Part shown: positions 8,585 through 18,283 of the stretch, one piece after another
How positions within the stretch are numbered: the first letter of the stretch is position 1
Layout: every line of letters begins with the position of its first letter
Origin: Candidatus Omnitrophica bacterium 4484_49
GTDB taxonomy: Bacteria; Omnitrophota; Gorgyraeia; Kaelpiales; Kaelpiaceae
Length of the DNA: 42,146 bases
Reading direction: 5' to 3'
NCBI GenBank assembly: GCA_002085265.1
Contig: NATI01000001.1
Coordinates: 1-42,146, forward strand
The notes under the pieces: model-generated
The model's input: only the letters and a program-made list of their open reading frames with translations
Database searches by the model: none
Told to the model about the DNA's origin: nothing
Translations under genes and position numbers: made by a program

Positions 8585-10470
8585 AGAAATTTCAAATAAA
8601 ATTTCTACCCTTAGAGAAAGTGGTGGAGGTTTCTGAAAATACCGATATTCTAAAAGCAGCTATAAAAGCTCGTATAAATCTCAGGAATAGCTGTGGAGGA
8701 AAAGGGCTGTGTGGTAAATGTAAGGTAAGGGTAATTTCGGGAAAATATAAAACCAGGAGTACCTTCACCCTTAAACCTCAGGAGATAAAGCAGGGCTATG
8801 TGCTTGCCTGCCAGACTTATCCCCTAACCGACCTTGTGGTAGAAGTTCTTCCTCAATCTCTGGAAGTGAGACCTCAAATTGCCAGAGCAGGATTGGGCGT
8901 AATTGGAGAGGACCTCTTAAAAGAAGAGAGCCCTGCAGAAGGGATTTATCCTTTAAAGCCTATTATTGGAGTTGAACATTTGAGATTAAAGGAGCCGGAT
9001 CTGGAAAATAATCTTCCTGATGTGGAGAGAATCCGGCTGGCAGCGGGGAGAGAATTCACCATCCCGTTAAAAATTTTGGAACGGTTGCCTTATGTATTGA
9101 GAGAATCAAAATGGGATGTGAACCTTACCTGGTATATTCCCTGTAATTATGTTTTAGATATATCTCCGGCTAGCAGTAAAAATGGGAATTTCGCTCTTGC
9201 TTGCGATCTGGGCACCACTACAGTTGTCCTTCATCTTCTGGATTTATCCAGGGGTAAAGTCATAAATACCAAGGCAGAATATAACAGACAGATTATGGTG
9301 GCTGAGGATGTTATTTCCAGAATTATTCTGGCTGAGGAAGAAGGAGGGCTCCAGGAACTGAAAGTCCTTGCACTGGAGACGATAAATGAGTTAATCGTGA
9401 AAATATGTGAGGATACGGATATTTCCTCTCGTGAAATTACTGCTATACTGATTGCCGGAAATACCACTATGCTTCATCTTGTCCTGGGCATTCCACCAGA
9501 TTTTATTCGCCGATATCCTTATACCCCGGTGTTCAAATCAGAATTGCTTGTTCCAGCTCAGGAAGTGGGAATAAATATTAACCCTCAGGGGTTAGTTTTG
9601 ACCATGCCCGGGATAAGGAGCTTTGTGGGGTCAGATATAGTTGCGGGTATTCTGGCTTCGGGTATGGACAGAGAGGATGAGGTTTCTCTTTTTGTGGATT
9701 TAGGGACCAATGGTGAGGTTGTTCTGGGAAACAGGGAGTGGATGATTTCCTGCTCAACCAGTGCCGGCCCCTGTTTTGAAGGTGGAGGATTAACTTCGGG
9801 AGTACGGGCGATGGCGGGTGCGATTCAGAAAATAACTATTGTAGAGGATAAATTAAATTTCACCACAATTTCAGGAGAAAAACCCATTGGGATTTGTGGG
9901 ACAGGAATAGTAGAGTTAATTGCCGAACTGTTTGTTAATAGAGTTATAGATAAAAGCGGAAATTTTATTCCCGGGAGTTCTCAACGGATTAGAGAGAATG
10001 AATACGGTGAACAGGAGTTTGTAGTTGTGGATAAAAATGAGTCCGGAAGTGGAAGTGATATCGTCATAACGCAGAGTGATGTTAAAAATCTTATTTATTC
10101 CAAGGCCGCAATATACCTGGGGATAGAGGTCCTTTTGCAGAAGATGGGTTTGAATGTCCAGGATGTCAGAAATATTTATATCGCTGGAGGGCTGGGGACA
10201 TATCTGGATATTGAAAAATCAATAACAATCGGCCTTTTTCCGGATGTAGCCCGGGAGAGATTTAAATTTCTGGGCAACACCAGTATTCAAGGTGCAAGGC
10301 TTTATCTCTGTTCTCAATCTGCCCGTCAGCGAGCAGGGGAAATTTCTGATATGGTGACCAATCTGGAACTCAGTAATGTTCCGGAATTTCTGAATAATTA
10401 CTCCAGTGCACTTTTTTTACCTCACACTGATATAGATAAATTTCCGTCTGTTAAGGAGAAATTGAAGTGA
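8572..10470 (+). CDS. acsV: Corrinoid activation/regeneration protein (RACo / AcsV-like): plant-type 2Fe-2S ferredoxin domain + ASKHA ATPase
   Basis: The N-terminus has SCGGKGLCGKCKV...LACQT (2Fe-2S). ASKHA-like segments are ACDLGTTTVV and VDLGTNGEV. The gene sits between acsC and cooC. Confidence 0.8.
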   Translation: MEKLKKFQIKFLPLEKVVEVSENTDILKAAIKARINLRNSCGGKGLCGKCKVRVISGKYKTRSTFTLKPQEIKQGYVLACQTYPLTDLVVEVLPQSLEVRPQIARAGLGVIGEDLLKEESPAEGIYPLKPIIGVEHLRLKEPDLENNLPDVERIRLAAGREFTIPLKILERLPYVLRESKWDVNLTWYIPCNYVLDISPASSKNGNFALACDLGTTTVVLHLLDLSRGKVINTKAEYNRQIMVAEDVISRIILAEEEGGLQELKVLALETINELIVKICEDTDISSREITAILIAGNTTMLHLVLGIPPDFIRRYPYTPVFKSELLVPAQEVGININPQGLVLTMPGIRSFVGSDIVAGILASGMDREDEVSLFVDLGTNGEVVLGNREWMISCSTSAGPCFEGGGLTSGVRAMAGAIQKITIVEDKLNFTTISGEKPIGICGTGIVELIAELFVNRVIDKSGNFIPGSSQRIRENEYGEQEFVVVDKNESGSGSDIVITQSDVKNLIYSKAAIYLGIEVLLQKMGLNVQDVRNIYIAGGLGTYLDIEKSITIGLFPDVARERFKFLGNTSIQGARLYLCSQSARQRAGEISDMVTNLELSNVPEFLNNYSSALFLPHTDIDKFPSVKEKLK

Positions 10471-11222
10471 AAATAGCAATTGCCGGCAAGGGAGGAGTGG
10501 GTAAGACAATTATTTCTGCCCTTCTGGTCAGAGAACTCATAGAGCATGGTAAAGGTCCTATTTTGGTGATAGATGCTGATCCCAATGCCAATCTCAATAT
10601 CCCTCTGGGGATAGATTATAACGGGACAATTGCAGATATCGTGGAGGAGCTCAAGACCAGAGCCAGAAGTGGAATCAGTAAGGTGGATATTCTGAAAATG
10701 GAGTTTCAAAACATTATCACTGAAGAGGAGAATTTTGATTTTCTGGTGATGGGTGCTCCAGAAGGACCGGGGTGTTATTGTGCAGTAAATGATATTTTAA
10801 GAGAAATCCTTAATCAATTTTCTCGCAACTACCCCTATGTGATATTTGATGCCGAAGCTGGTCTGGAACATTTGAGTCGAAAAACCGCAGGGGAACTGGA
10901 TTTGTTAATATTGGTTTCTGAACCCAGTTTGAGTTCTCTCCATACATTGTTGAGAGCGAAAAACATAGCAGATAAAACCGGACTTACAGTCAAGGAATTT
11001 CTTCACATAATAAATAAAGTTCGGGGAGAGTTATCTCCTGATATTTTGGATTTCATGTTTAAAAACCAGCTTTTACCGTTTCTGACATTACCCTTTTCTG
11101 AGAACCTGCTTGAAGTTTATGAACGGGGAGAAAATATATTTGAATTTTGGGATGGAAATTTTCTGAAAAAGTTTGCTATAATTGTAAAGGAGAAAATTTT
11201 AAAAAATGGGGGTGGGAAATGA
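10467..11222 (+). CDS. cooC: CooC/AcsF-type Ni-insertion ATPase (MinD/ParA superfamily)
   Basis: Supporting motifs are the deviant Walker A IAIAGKGGVGKT and the metal-binding CxC in GPGCYCAVN. The GTG start overlaps the acsV stop. Confidence 0.85.
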   Translation: MKIAIAGKGGVGKTIISALLVRELIEHGKGPILVIDADPNANLNIPLGIDYNGTIADIVEELKTRARSGISKVDILKMEFQNIITEEENFDFLVMGAPEGPGCYCAVNDILREILNQFSRNYPYVIFDAEAGLEHLSRKTAGELDLLILVSEPSLSSLHTLLRAKNIADKTGLTVKEFLHIINKVRGELSPDILDFMFKNQLLPFLTLPFSENLLEVYERGENIFEFWDGNFLKKFAIIVKEKILKNGGGK

Positions 11223-12220
11223 GAGATACGATGAATGATGAAATTTTGAAACTGGGAGTACAGAACTGGCCGGGAAAGGTGTATGAACTGGAAATCGGTG
11301 CTGATTCTCAACAGGGTGGTACAAGAGATAAAGTCATCAGGGTTGGGGGGCAGAACTGTATGCCATTTTTACATTTTGAAGGTGAGATGCCCAACGCTCC
11401 CCGGTTGGCTATTGAAATTCTGGATATAAAACCTCAGGAGTATCCTCAGGAACTGGTTAAAGCGTTCGGAGTGGCATTAAATAATCCTGTGGACTGGGCT
11501 AAGAAATGTGTTCAGGATTATGGATTTGATTTTCTGTGTTTAAGATTTATAGGGGCTCATCCCGATTGGGGAGATAAATCTTCTCAAGAATGTGCTCGCA
11601 TTGTTGAGAAAGTTCTCAAGTCAGTAAAAGCCCCATTAATAATTGTAGGATGTGGGGATCCGGAAAAGGATCAGGATTTATTATTTGAAGTCAGCTCTGC
11701 TGCTCAGGGAGAAAATTGTCTCATCGGTATGGCGCTGGAAAATAATTATAAAAGTGTAGTCGCCTCCTGTATAAGTAATGGTCATTCTCTAATTGCTGAG
11801 ACTCCCATAGATATAAATCTCTGCAAGCAGTTGAACATCCTTATTTCTGATATGGGATTTCCTGTGGAGAAAATTGTAATTCACCACGCTACTGCCAGTT
11901 TGGGATATGGGCTGGAATATACTTATTCTATTATGGAAAGGACCAGGTTGGCAGCCCTTCAGGGAGATAAACTTTTATCTCAGCCGATGATAAGCTTCGT
12001 GGGGTGGGAAGTATGGAAAACTAAGGAAGCAAAGGCAAGTGAAGAGGAGATGCCGGAATGGGGAGAATTGAGTAAACGCGGGGTATTCTGGGAGGTAGTT
12101 ACATCCATTGCTTATCTCCAGGCAGGAGTAGATATTCTGGTTCTTAATCATCCCTCCTCTATTATCAGGCTTCAGGATATTATTAAAGATTTAATGTCCA
12201 GAGAGGAAATTATCTCCTGA
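11219..12220 (+). CDS. acsD: Corrinoid iron-sulfur protein small subunit (AcsD / CdhD, delta)
   Basis: This is a TIM-barrel-type CdhD-like sequence (VGGQNCMPFLHFEG..., LIIVGCGDPEKD) in the acsC/acsE context. The start is set at ATG 11219, overlapping the cooC stop. The track's 11147 start lies inside cooC. Confidence 0.85.
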   Translation: MRDTMNDEILKLGVQNWPGKVYELEIGADSQQGGTRDKVIRVGGQNCMPFLHFEGEMPNAPRLAIEILDIKPQEYPQELVKAFGVALNNPVDWAKKCVQDYGFDFLCLRFIGAHPDWGDKSSQECARIVEKVLKSVKAPLIIVGCGDPEKDQDLLFEVSSAAQGENCLIGMALENNYKSVVASCISNGHSLIAETPIDINLCKQLNILISDMGFPVEKIVIHHATASLGYGLEYTYSIMERTRLAALQGDKLLSQPMISFVGWEVWKTKEAKASEEEMPEWGELSKRGVFWEVVTSIAYLQAGVDILVLNHPSSIIRLQDIIKDLMSREEIIS

Positions 12221-12996
12221 TGTTTATCATCGGAGAAAGAATCAACGGTATGTTCAAAAACGTGGCCAGGGCAATTGTTTCCCGGGATAAGAAATCCATC
12301 CAGGAACTGGCAGTGGCTCAGTTAAATAAAGGTGCAGATGCTCTGGATGTGAATGTCGGTCCTGCGTCCCCTAATCCCACAAAGGATATGGTATGGCTTA
12401 TTCAGATTTTGCAGGAGATAACTGACAAACCGCTGGTTATCGATTCTCCCAGTGTAGCAGTTATTCAGGAATCTCTGCCAGAAGTGAAAAATCCTGTGAT
12501 TATAAATTCCACCACTGCTGAGGACCATAAACTTCAAAATTTACTTCCTTTAGCCAAACAATACAATGCTAAAATCATTGCTTTGACCATTGATGAAGGT
12601 GGGGTACCCAAGGATGCGGAATCCAGATTGGAACTGGCTGTGAAGATCATAACCCATGCTCAGGAAGCAGGTTTAAGTCCTAAAGATGTTTATATTGACC
12701 CTGTTTTACTTCCTGTAAACGTTGCTCAGGACCATTCCCCGGAGGTATTAAAGGCATTGAGGGAAGTGAAACTTCTTTGCGATCCTGCTCCCCCAACTGT
12801 GGTGGGGCTTTCCAATGTTTCTCAGGGTGCCAAGCAGAGGTCACTCATTAACAGGACATTTGTAGTTATGGCACTGGCTTGTGGTTTGGATTCTGCCATC
12901 CTTGACCCTCTGGATGATGATGTGATCAATGCCATCAAGACCGCCGAGATTTTGCTCAATGAGCAGATTTTCTGTCCTGATTATCTTTCTATTTAA
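12220..12996 (+). CDS. acsE: Methyltetrahydrofolate:corrinoid/iron-sulfur protein methyltransferase (MeTr)
   Basis: The pterin-binding-domain pattern is present: MFIIGERINGMFK, GADALDVNVG, VGLSNVSQG. The gene is directly coupled to acsD with a 1-nt overlap. Confidence 0.85.
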   Translation: MFIIGERINGMFKNVARAIVSRDKKSIQELAVAQLNKGADALDVNVGPASPNPTKDMVWLIQILQEITDKPLVIDSPSVAVIQESLPEVKNPVIINSTTAEDHKLQNLLPLAKQYNAKIIALTIDEGGVPKDAESRLELAVKIITHAQEAGLSPKDVYIDPVLLPVNVAQDHSPEVLKALREVKLLCDPAPPTVVGLSNVSQGAKQRSLINRTFVVMALACGLDSAILDPLDDDVINAIKTAEILLNEQIFCPDYLSI

Positions 12997-13010
12997 CAAG
13001 GAGGAGAAAT

Positions 13011-13247
13011 ATGGAAGTAGAGGTCAGGGTTCCTGATTTTGAAGATGTTGAGAAGGTGACTGTCAGTTACTGGCATTTTAAAGAAGGGGATCAAGTAGAG
13101 GAGGGAAAAGACCTGGTGGAGGTGGCAACAGAAAAAGCTGTTTTTAATATCCCTGCACCCTGTTCGGGAATTTTAAAAACACAGGTGGTTAAAGAAGGAG
13201 AGACCATAAGACCCAGTGAAGTTATTGCAGTTATTCAAAGACAGTGA
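13011..13247 (+). CDS. Stand-alone lipoyl-attachment-domain protein (78 aa)
   Basis: The barrel-sandwich hybrid pattern GDQVEEGKDLVEVATEKAVFNIPAPCSGIL has E-(S/T)-(D/E)-K-A around the modifiable Lys, which is lipoyl-type rather than the biotinyl EAMKM. AGGAGG lies upstream. Confidence 0.7.
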   Translation: MEVEVRVPDFEDVEKVTVSYWHFKEGDQVEEGKDLVEVATEKAVFNIPAPCSGILKTQVVKEGETIRPSEVIAVIQRQ

Positions 13248-13256
13248 GGTGAGAAT

Positions 13257-13739
13257 ATGAAAGAAATTATCGAATTACTTGAAGAAAATGCCCGGCTAAC
13301 CCCGGAAGATATTTCCAGAATCTTAAAAAAGGATATTGCCACAGTTAAGAAAACCATCGAAAAATTGGAAAAAAGTGGGGTTATCCTGGGATATAAGGCT
13401 ATTATAAATGAAGAGAAGTCAAAATCGTTTAAGCCTGTGAGGGCAGTAATTGAAGTGCAGGTCACCCCCAAAAGAAATCAGGGATTTGATTATATAGCGG
13501 AAAGGATTTATAAATTCTCTGAGGTTGTGACATGTTTTTTAGTCTCCGGGACGTATGACCTTTTGCTTATTGTGGAGGGGGACAATATTCATGATGTAGC
13601 ACAGTTCGTGGCTGAAAAACTTGCACCCTTAGAAGGCGTAAGAGGTACTGTTACTCATTTTCTACTTAAAAAATACAAACAGGATGGTTTTGTATTAACT
13701 AAGGGTAAAGAGAATCACAGACAGAGTATAAGTCTATGA
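13257..13739 (+). CDS. Lrp/AsnC-family transcriptional regulator
   Basis: An HTH (LLEENARLTPEDISRILKKDIATVKKTIEKLEKSGVILGY) is followed by an AsnC-type ligand-binding domain. The gene is paired with an aminotransferase, as in B. subtilis alaR-alaT. Confidence 0.85.
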   Translation: MKEIIELLEENARLTPEDISRILKKDIATVKKTIEKLEKSGVILGYKAIINEEKSKSFKPVRAVIEVQVTPKRNQGFDYIAERIYKFSEVVTCFLVSGTYDLLLIVEGDNIHDVAQFVAEKLAPLEGVRGTVTHFLLKKYKQDGFVLTKGKENHRQSISL

Positions 13740-14896
13740 AAGAAAGAATTGCTGATAGGGTTAACAAAATAGAACCCTCTGGCATCCGGGAATTTTTTGA
13801 CCTTGTCCTGGGAATGAAGGATATAATCTCTCTTGGTATCGGCGAGCCAGATTTTGTGACCCCTTGGCATATCAGGGAGGCTGGGATTTATGCCCTTGAG
13901 GAGGGATATACTTCTTATACTTCCAATCAGGGACTACCACAGTTGAGGAAAATCATATCTCAGTATATTCACAGAAGATTTGGGGTGAAATATGATCCTG
14001 ATGATGAGGTTCTTATCACCGTAGGGGTATCTGAAGCCTATGATCTGGCTATAAGGGCGGTGGTGAATCCCGGGGACGAGGTCCTTGTCCCTCAGCCCTG
14101 TTATGTATGTTATTATCCAGTGTCAGTGCTTGCTGAGGGTAAGCCGAAATATCTCTCCACATCCAGTACCGGCTTCAAAGTAACTCCGGAATTACTTACT
14201 TCCAATATTTCATCTAAGACCAAGGTTCTGGTTCTGAATTATCCCAATAATCCCACCGGAGTCACTTATACTCGGGAAGAATTAAAATCTCTGGCAAAAG
14301 TGATAAAGGAAAAAAACCTCATAGTTATAAGTGATGAAATATATGCGGAATTGACATATGACCATGGACATACTTCTTTATCCTCCCTTCCGGGAATGAG
14401 GTCTCGGACAGTATATCTAAATGGATTTTCCAAGGCATTTGCCATGACAGGATGGCGTTTGGGATTTGCTTGTGGGCCAGAAGATATTATTTCCGCTATG
14501 AACAAGATACATCAATATACAATGTTATGCGCACCTATTATGAGCCAGATGGCTGGAATAGAGGCGGTGTTGAAAGGGGATTCTGCAGTTCGTCAGATGT
14601 GCACAGAGTACAGACGGAGAAGAGATTACATTGTGGAAAGGTTGAAGGAGATGGGATTGGATTTCGTTTATCCCCAGGGAGCGTTTTATGTGTATGTAAA
14701 TATCGGTAAAACAGGACTTTCTGCTAGGGAGTTTGCAATTAAATTACTCAGACAGAAAAAAGTTGCGGTTGTACCCGGAGTTGCATTTGGGCCTAAGGAT
14801 GACAATGATAGATATATAAGGATAGCATATACGGTTGATTTTGACACTCTGAAAAAAGCCCTCAACAGAATCCAAGAATTTTTGAGGAGTCTTTAA
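13736..14896 (+). CDS. Class I/II PLP-dependent aminotransferase (AlaT/AspC-like)
   Basis: Motifs are LGIGEPDF, NYPNNPTG and NGFSKAFAMTGWRLGF (PLP-Lys). The protein is 386 aa. Confidence 0.85.
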   Translation: MKERIADRVNKIEPSGIREFFDLVLGMKDIISLGIGEPDFVTPWHIREAGIYALEEGYTSYTSNQGLPQLRKIISQYIHRRFGVKYDPDDEVLITVGVSEAYDLAIRAVVNPGDEVLVPQPCYVCYYPVSVLAEGKPKYLSTSSTGFKVTPELLTSNISSKTKVLVLNYPNNPTGVTYTREELKSLAKVIKEKNLIVISDEIYAELTYDHGHTSLSSLPGMRSRTVYLNGFSKAFAMTGWRLGFACGPEDIISAMNKIHQYTMLCAPIMSQMAGIEAVLKGDSAVRQMCTEYRRRRDYIVERLKEMGLDFVYPQGAFYVYVNIGKTGLSAREFAIKLLRQKKVAVVPGVAFGPKDDNDRYIRIAYTVDFDTLKKALNRIQEFLRSL

Positions 14897-14897
14897 G

Positions 14898-16031
14898 GTG
14901 AGTGAACCTCGTATCCTTCTTTTTTACATCACCCATCATTCCGGGCATCATAAAGCAGCCATTTCCATTCAGAGGGCGATAAATATTGTAAATCCTCATT
15001 CTCATATTCAGTGTATAGATGCTTTTAATTATACCAATCCAGTTATGAACCGTATTGCTCATAAAACCTATATGCAGGTAATCAGAAGGCGGCCTGAGGT
15101 CTGGGAGTATTTATATGATAATCCTAATATCGTCCTTAAGACCCAGCGGTTAAAAGCCCTGATACATAAATACAACTCCCGGAAGTTAATAAATTTAATA
15201 AAGGATGTTTCTCCTCATGTAATCATCTGCACTCAGGCTTTCCCCTGTGGGATGGTTGCGGATTTGAAGAAATACTCTGGGCTGGAAATTCCAGTGATGG
15301 GTGTTTTGACTGATTATGTGGCTCATTCTTTCTGGTTTTATGATACTGTGGATATGTATGTGGTTCCTGATGAATCATCTCGGGATAAAATGATAAATAA
15401 TGGAATCTCAGAAGATAGGATAAAAATCTTGGGTATTCCCGTCAAGCCGGAATTCAACGATTTTCTGGATAAGACGCAGATAGTCAGGGAGTTGAACCTT
15501 GATTCTACAATCCCTACGATTCTGGTTATGGGAGGAGGAAGGGGATTGGGAAATATAAAGCAGATAGTTCATTCCCTTTACAAAATAGATATCCCATTTC
15601 AGATGATAGTCCTTGCGGGAGTGAATAAAAGCCTGTTTAATTATCTGAAAAGAAAACAGAAAAAATGGAGTAAAAGAAAAAAAATTCTGGTTTATGGATA
15701 TGTGGATAATGTTCATGAACTTATGACTGTGAGTGATATTTTGATTTCCAAACCAGGAGGTATTACTACTGCCGAGGCGTTAGCCAAGGGGTTACCGATG
15801 GTGATTTTCAATCCTCTCCCAGGGCAGGAGAGGAGTAATACTGAATTTTTGCTCAAGATAGGTGCTGCCATAAAGTGTGAGCATCTTTCGGATCTTCCCA
15901 TTCTTATAAAGGATTTATTCCTCAACAGAGATAAGTTAAAAATTATGAGCATGAACGCCAGAAGGCATGGGCACCCTGATTCTTCTTTAAAGATAGCTCG
16001 GGAAGCGTTGGTTCTTATTGAAAAAAGATGA
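14898..16031 (+). CDS. MGDG-synthase/UgtP-like diacylglycerol glycosyltransferase (GT28 family)
   Basis: The N-terminal MGDG_synth-like region is followed by the GT28 C-terminal segment ILISKPGGITTAEALAKGLPMVIFNPLPGQERSN. The start codon is GTG. Confidence 0.75.
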   Translation: MSEPRILLFYITHHSGHHKAAISIQRAINIVNPHSHIQCIDAFNYTNPVMNRIAHKTYMQVIRRRPEVWEYLYDNPNIVLKTQRLKALIHKYNSRKLINLIKDVSPHVIICTQAFPCGMVADLKKYSGLEIPVMGVLTDYVAHSFWFYDTVDMYVVPDESSRDKMINNGISEDRIKILGIPVKPEFNDFLDKTQIVRELNLDSTIPTILVMGGGRGLGNIKQIVHSLYKIDIPFQMIVLAGVNKSLFNYLKRKQKKWSKRKKILVYGYVDNVHELMTVSDILISKPGGITTAEALAKGLPMVIFNPLPGQERSNTEFLLKIGAAIKCEHLSDLPILIKDLFLNRDKLKIMSMNARRHGHPDSSLKIAREALVLIEKR

Positions 16032-16903
16032 TAACGGAGATATTCTGGAGTTTAGTTTATATAATGGGACAATTTTTTATAAAGGTGTTGCCCCGCAGTT
16101 TTTTGTTTGCTATATCCAGGATATTTTCCTTCTTTTATTATCTCTGGGCTTTCAGGACTCGCAGAATCATAAGGGAAAATCTCAAAATAATTCTCAATAA
16201 TCGATATCGTGAGAAGTTGGTGATAAATACTTTTTATAATTTTTCGCGTTATCTTATAGATTTTTTAAAAACCAAAAATAACGACGGTCTCTTTTTCCGA
16301 AAATATATTAAGGGCGAAAATATCCACATCATCGATGATGCTTTGAGACGGTCATCGGGGGGAGTGGTAATTCTTACAATTCACCTCGGGAACTGGGAGG
16401 TTGGTGGCGGGTATCTGGCCTATCTGGGATATGATTTATCTGCGGTGGCATTGGAACATTCTGTAAGATATGTTGAAAAAGTTTTCAATCGTCAGAGGAA
16501 AAATCTGGGTATTCATGAGCTTCCATTTAGAAATTCTTTCAAAACTTGCCTGGATATCCTCAGAGAAAAGAAACTTGTCGCTCTGTTATGTGACAGGGAT
16601 TTCACTCTAAATTATTATCCCGCAAGACTTTTTGGAAAAATAGCCTATATACCTAAGGCTCCGTTTTTGCTCGCTTTGAGGGCAAAGGTCCCTATGGTGT
16701 TCGGGATTACCATCGCTGAGGGAAATAATTATAAAGTTGTTATGGAAAGAATTTTGGAATTCAAACATTACAGTTATCAGGAGATACCTGCTCTGGTGGA
16801 CGAGGTGGCAAGGATAACCGAAAAATATGTGCTGGATTATCCTGACCAGTGGTTTTTCTTCCATAGATTTTGGGAACAGCCGAAAGAGGTTGTGATTATT
16901 TAG
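16028..16903 (+). CDS. LpxL/HtrB-family (lysophospholipid/lipid A-type) acyltransferase
   Basis: The HX4(D/E)-type box TIHLGNWEVGG and the C-terminal DQWFFFHRFW are typical of this family. The start overlaps the upstream GT gene (ATGA). Confidence 0.7.
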   Translation: MITEIFWSLVYIMGQFFIKVLPRSFLFAISRIFSFFYYLWAFRTRRIIRENLKIILNNRYREKLVINTFYNFSRYLIDFLKTKNNDGLFFRKYIKGENIHIIDDALRRSSGGVVILTIHLGNWEVGGGYLAYLGYDLSAVALEHSVRYVEKVFNRQRKNLGIHELPFRNSFKTCLDILREKKLVALLCDRDFTLNYYPARLFGKIAYIPKAPFLLALRAKVPMVFGITIAEGNNYKVVMERILEFKHYSYQEIPALVDEVARITEKYVLDYPDQWFFFHRFWEQPKEVVII

Positions 16904-16923
16904 TTTTCTGATATAATTAAAAT
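16890..16923 (+). promoter_or_regulatory. Candidate promoter upstream of ugd (very short or no leader)
   Basis: TTGTGA (16890-16895) is followed by a 16-nt spacer and TATAAT (16912-16917), with an adjacent TAAAAT (16918-16923). ATG 16928 follows without an SD. Confidence 0.35.
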
Positions 16924-16927
16924 ATTT

Positions 16928-18283
16928 ATGAGTAAAAATATAGCGAGAAAAGTTTATAACATTTCAGTTATTGGAGCAGGTCATGTGGGGCTGGTCACTG
17001 CTTCCTGTCTGGCAGATTTAGGACATAAAGTATGTTGTATGGACAATGATTCCGCGAAAATAGACCTTTTGCAGAAAGGAGAAATTCCCATTTATGAACC
17101 AGGCCTGAAAGAGTTGGTATCTACAAATACACTTCAGGGCAATCTTTTTTTTACCAATTCCATGGAGGAAGCCGTGGTCCATGGAGAGGTTATCTTTATC
17201 GCTGTTGGTACCCCTCCTAAAGAGAGTGGAGAAGCAGATTTAAGTTATGTGGAAAATGTGGCCAGGGAGATTGCCCAACTTATGGATTCCTATAAACTTA
17301 TAGTAGAGAAATCAACTGTACCGGTGGAGACCGGAGAGAAGGTAAAAAACACCATAAATCTTTATATTGAGAAAGATGTGCCATTTGACGTTGCTTCCAA
17401 TCCTGAATTTTTACGAGAAGGTTCTGCTATTCACGACTTCATGCATCCTGATCGAGTTGTAATCGGTGTGGATAGTGAACGGGCTGAAAGGGTTTTGACT
17501 GAGATTTACGGACCTTTAAATGCTCCTATAATAATTACCGATATAAAAAGTGCGGAACTTATAAAACACGCTTCCAACTCATTTCTGGCGATGAAGATAT
17601 CGTTTATAAACGCTGTTTCCAGGATTTGCGAGAAAGTAGGGGCAGACGTGGAAAAGGTAGCTCAGGGTATAGGATTGGATAAGAGAATTGGACAGGAGTT
17701 TTTAAAGGCCGGCATAGGATTTGGAGGAAGTTGTTTCCCGAAAGACCTCGATGCCTTTATCCATATCGCTGAAAATCTGGGATACGATTTTAAACTTCTC
17801 AAGGAGGTAAAGAGGATAAATGAAGAACAGAAAAGACTCGCTGTCCAGAAAATTAAAGATGTGCTCTGGATTATTAAAGATAAGAAAATAGCGATATGGG
17901 GGGGAGCGTTCAAACCTGAGACTGATGATATCCGTGGCGCTCCGGTAATTGATATAATAAATGAATTACTGAATGAAGGAGCAACTGTATCTCTTTATGA
18001 CCCTCAGGCAATGGAGAATTTAAAGATAATATTTGGAGAAAAGTTGCATTATGCTGACGATAAATATCAGGCGATAGAAGATGCGGATTGTCTTGTGATT
18101 GTGACCGAGTGGGATGAATTCCGAAATATAGATTTTGATTTTCTCAGGCAAAGGATGAAATTGCCGTTTATCGTGGATGGCAGAAATATATTCTCTTTGC
18201 AGAAATTACAGGATAAGGGATTTATATACTGTGGTTTTGGCAGGCCTCAGATAACAAATTCAAAATCCGGAGTTAAAAAATGA
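16928..18283 (+). CDS. ugd: UDP-glucose 6-dehydrogenase
   Basis: Supporting motifs are the Rossmann VIGAGHVGLVTA, SNPEFLREGSA and the catalytic GFGGSCFPKD. The protein is 451 aa. Confidence 0.9.
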   Translation: MSKNIARKVYNISVIGAGHVGLVTASCLADLGHKVCCMDNDSAKIDLLQKGEIPIYEPGLKELVSTNTLQGNLFFTNSMEEAVVHGEVIFIAVGTPPKESGEADLSYVENVAREIAQLMDSYKLIVEKSTVPVETGEKVKNTINLYIEKDVPFDVASNPEFLREGSAIHDFMHPDRVVIGVDSERAERVLTEIYGPLNAPIIITDIKSAELIKHASNSFLAMKISFINAVSRICEKVGADVEKVAQGIGLDKRIGQEFLKAGIGFGGSCFPKDLDAFIHIAENLGYDFKLLKEVKRINEEQKRLAVQKIKDVLWIIKDKKIAIWGGAFKPETDDIRGAPVIDIINELLNEGATVSLYDPQAMENLKIIFGEKLHYADDKYQAIEDADCLVIVTEWDEFRNIDFDFLRQRMKLPFIVDGRNIFSLQKLQDKGFIYCGFGRPQITNSKSGVKK

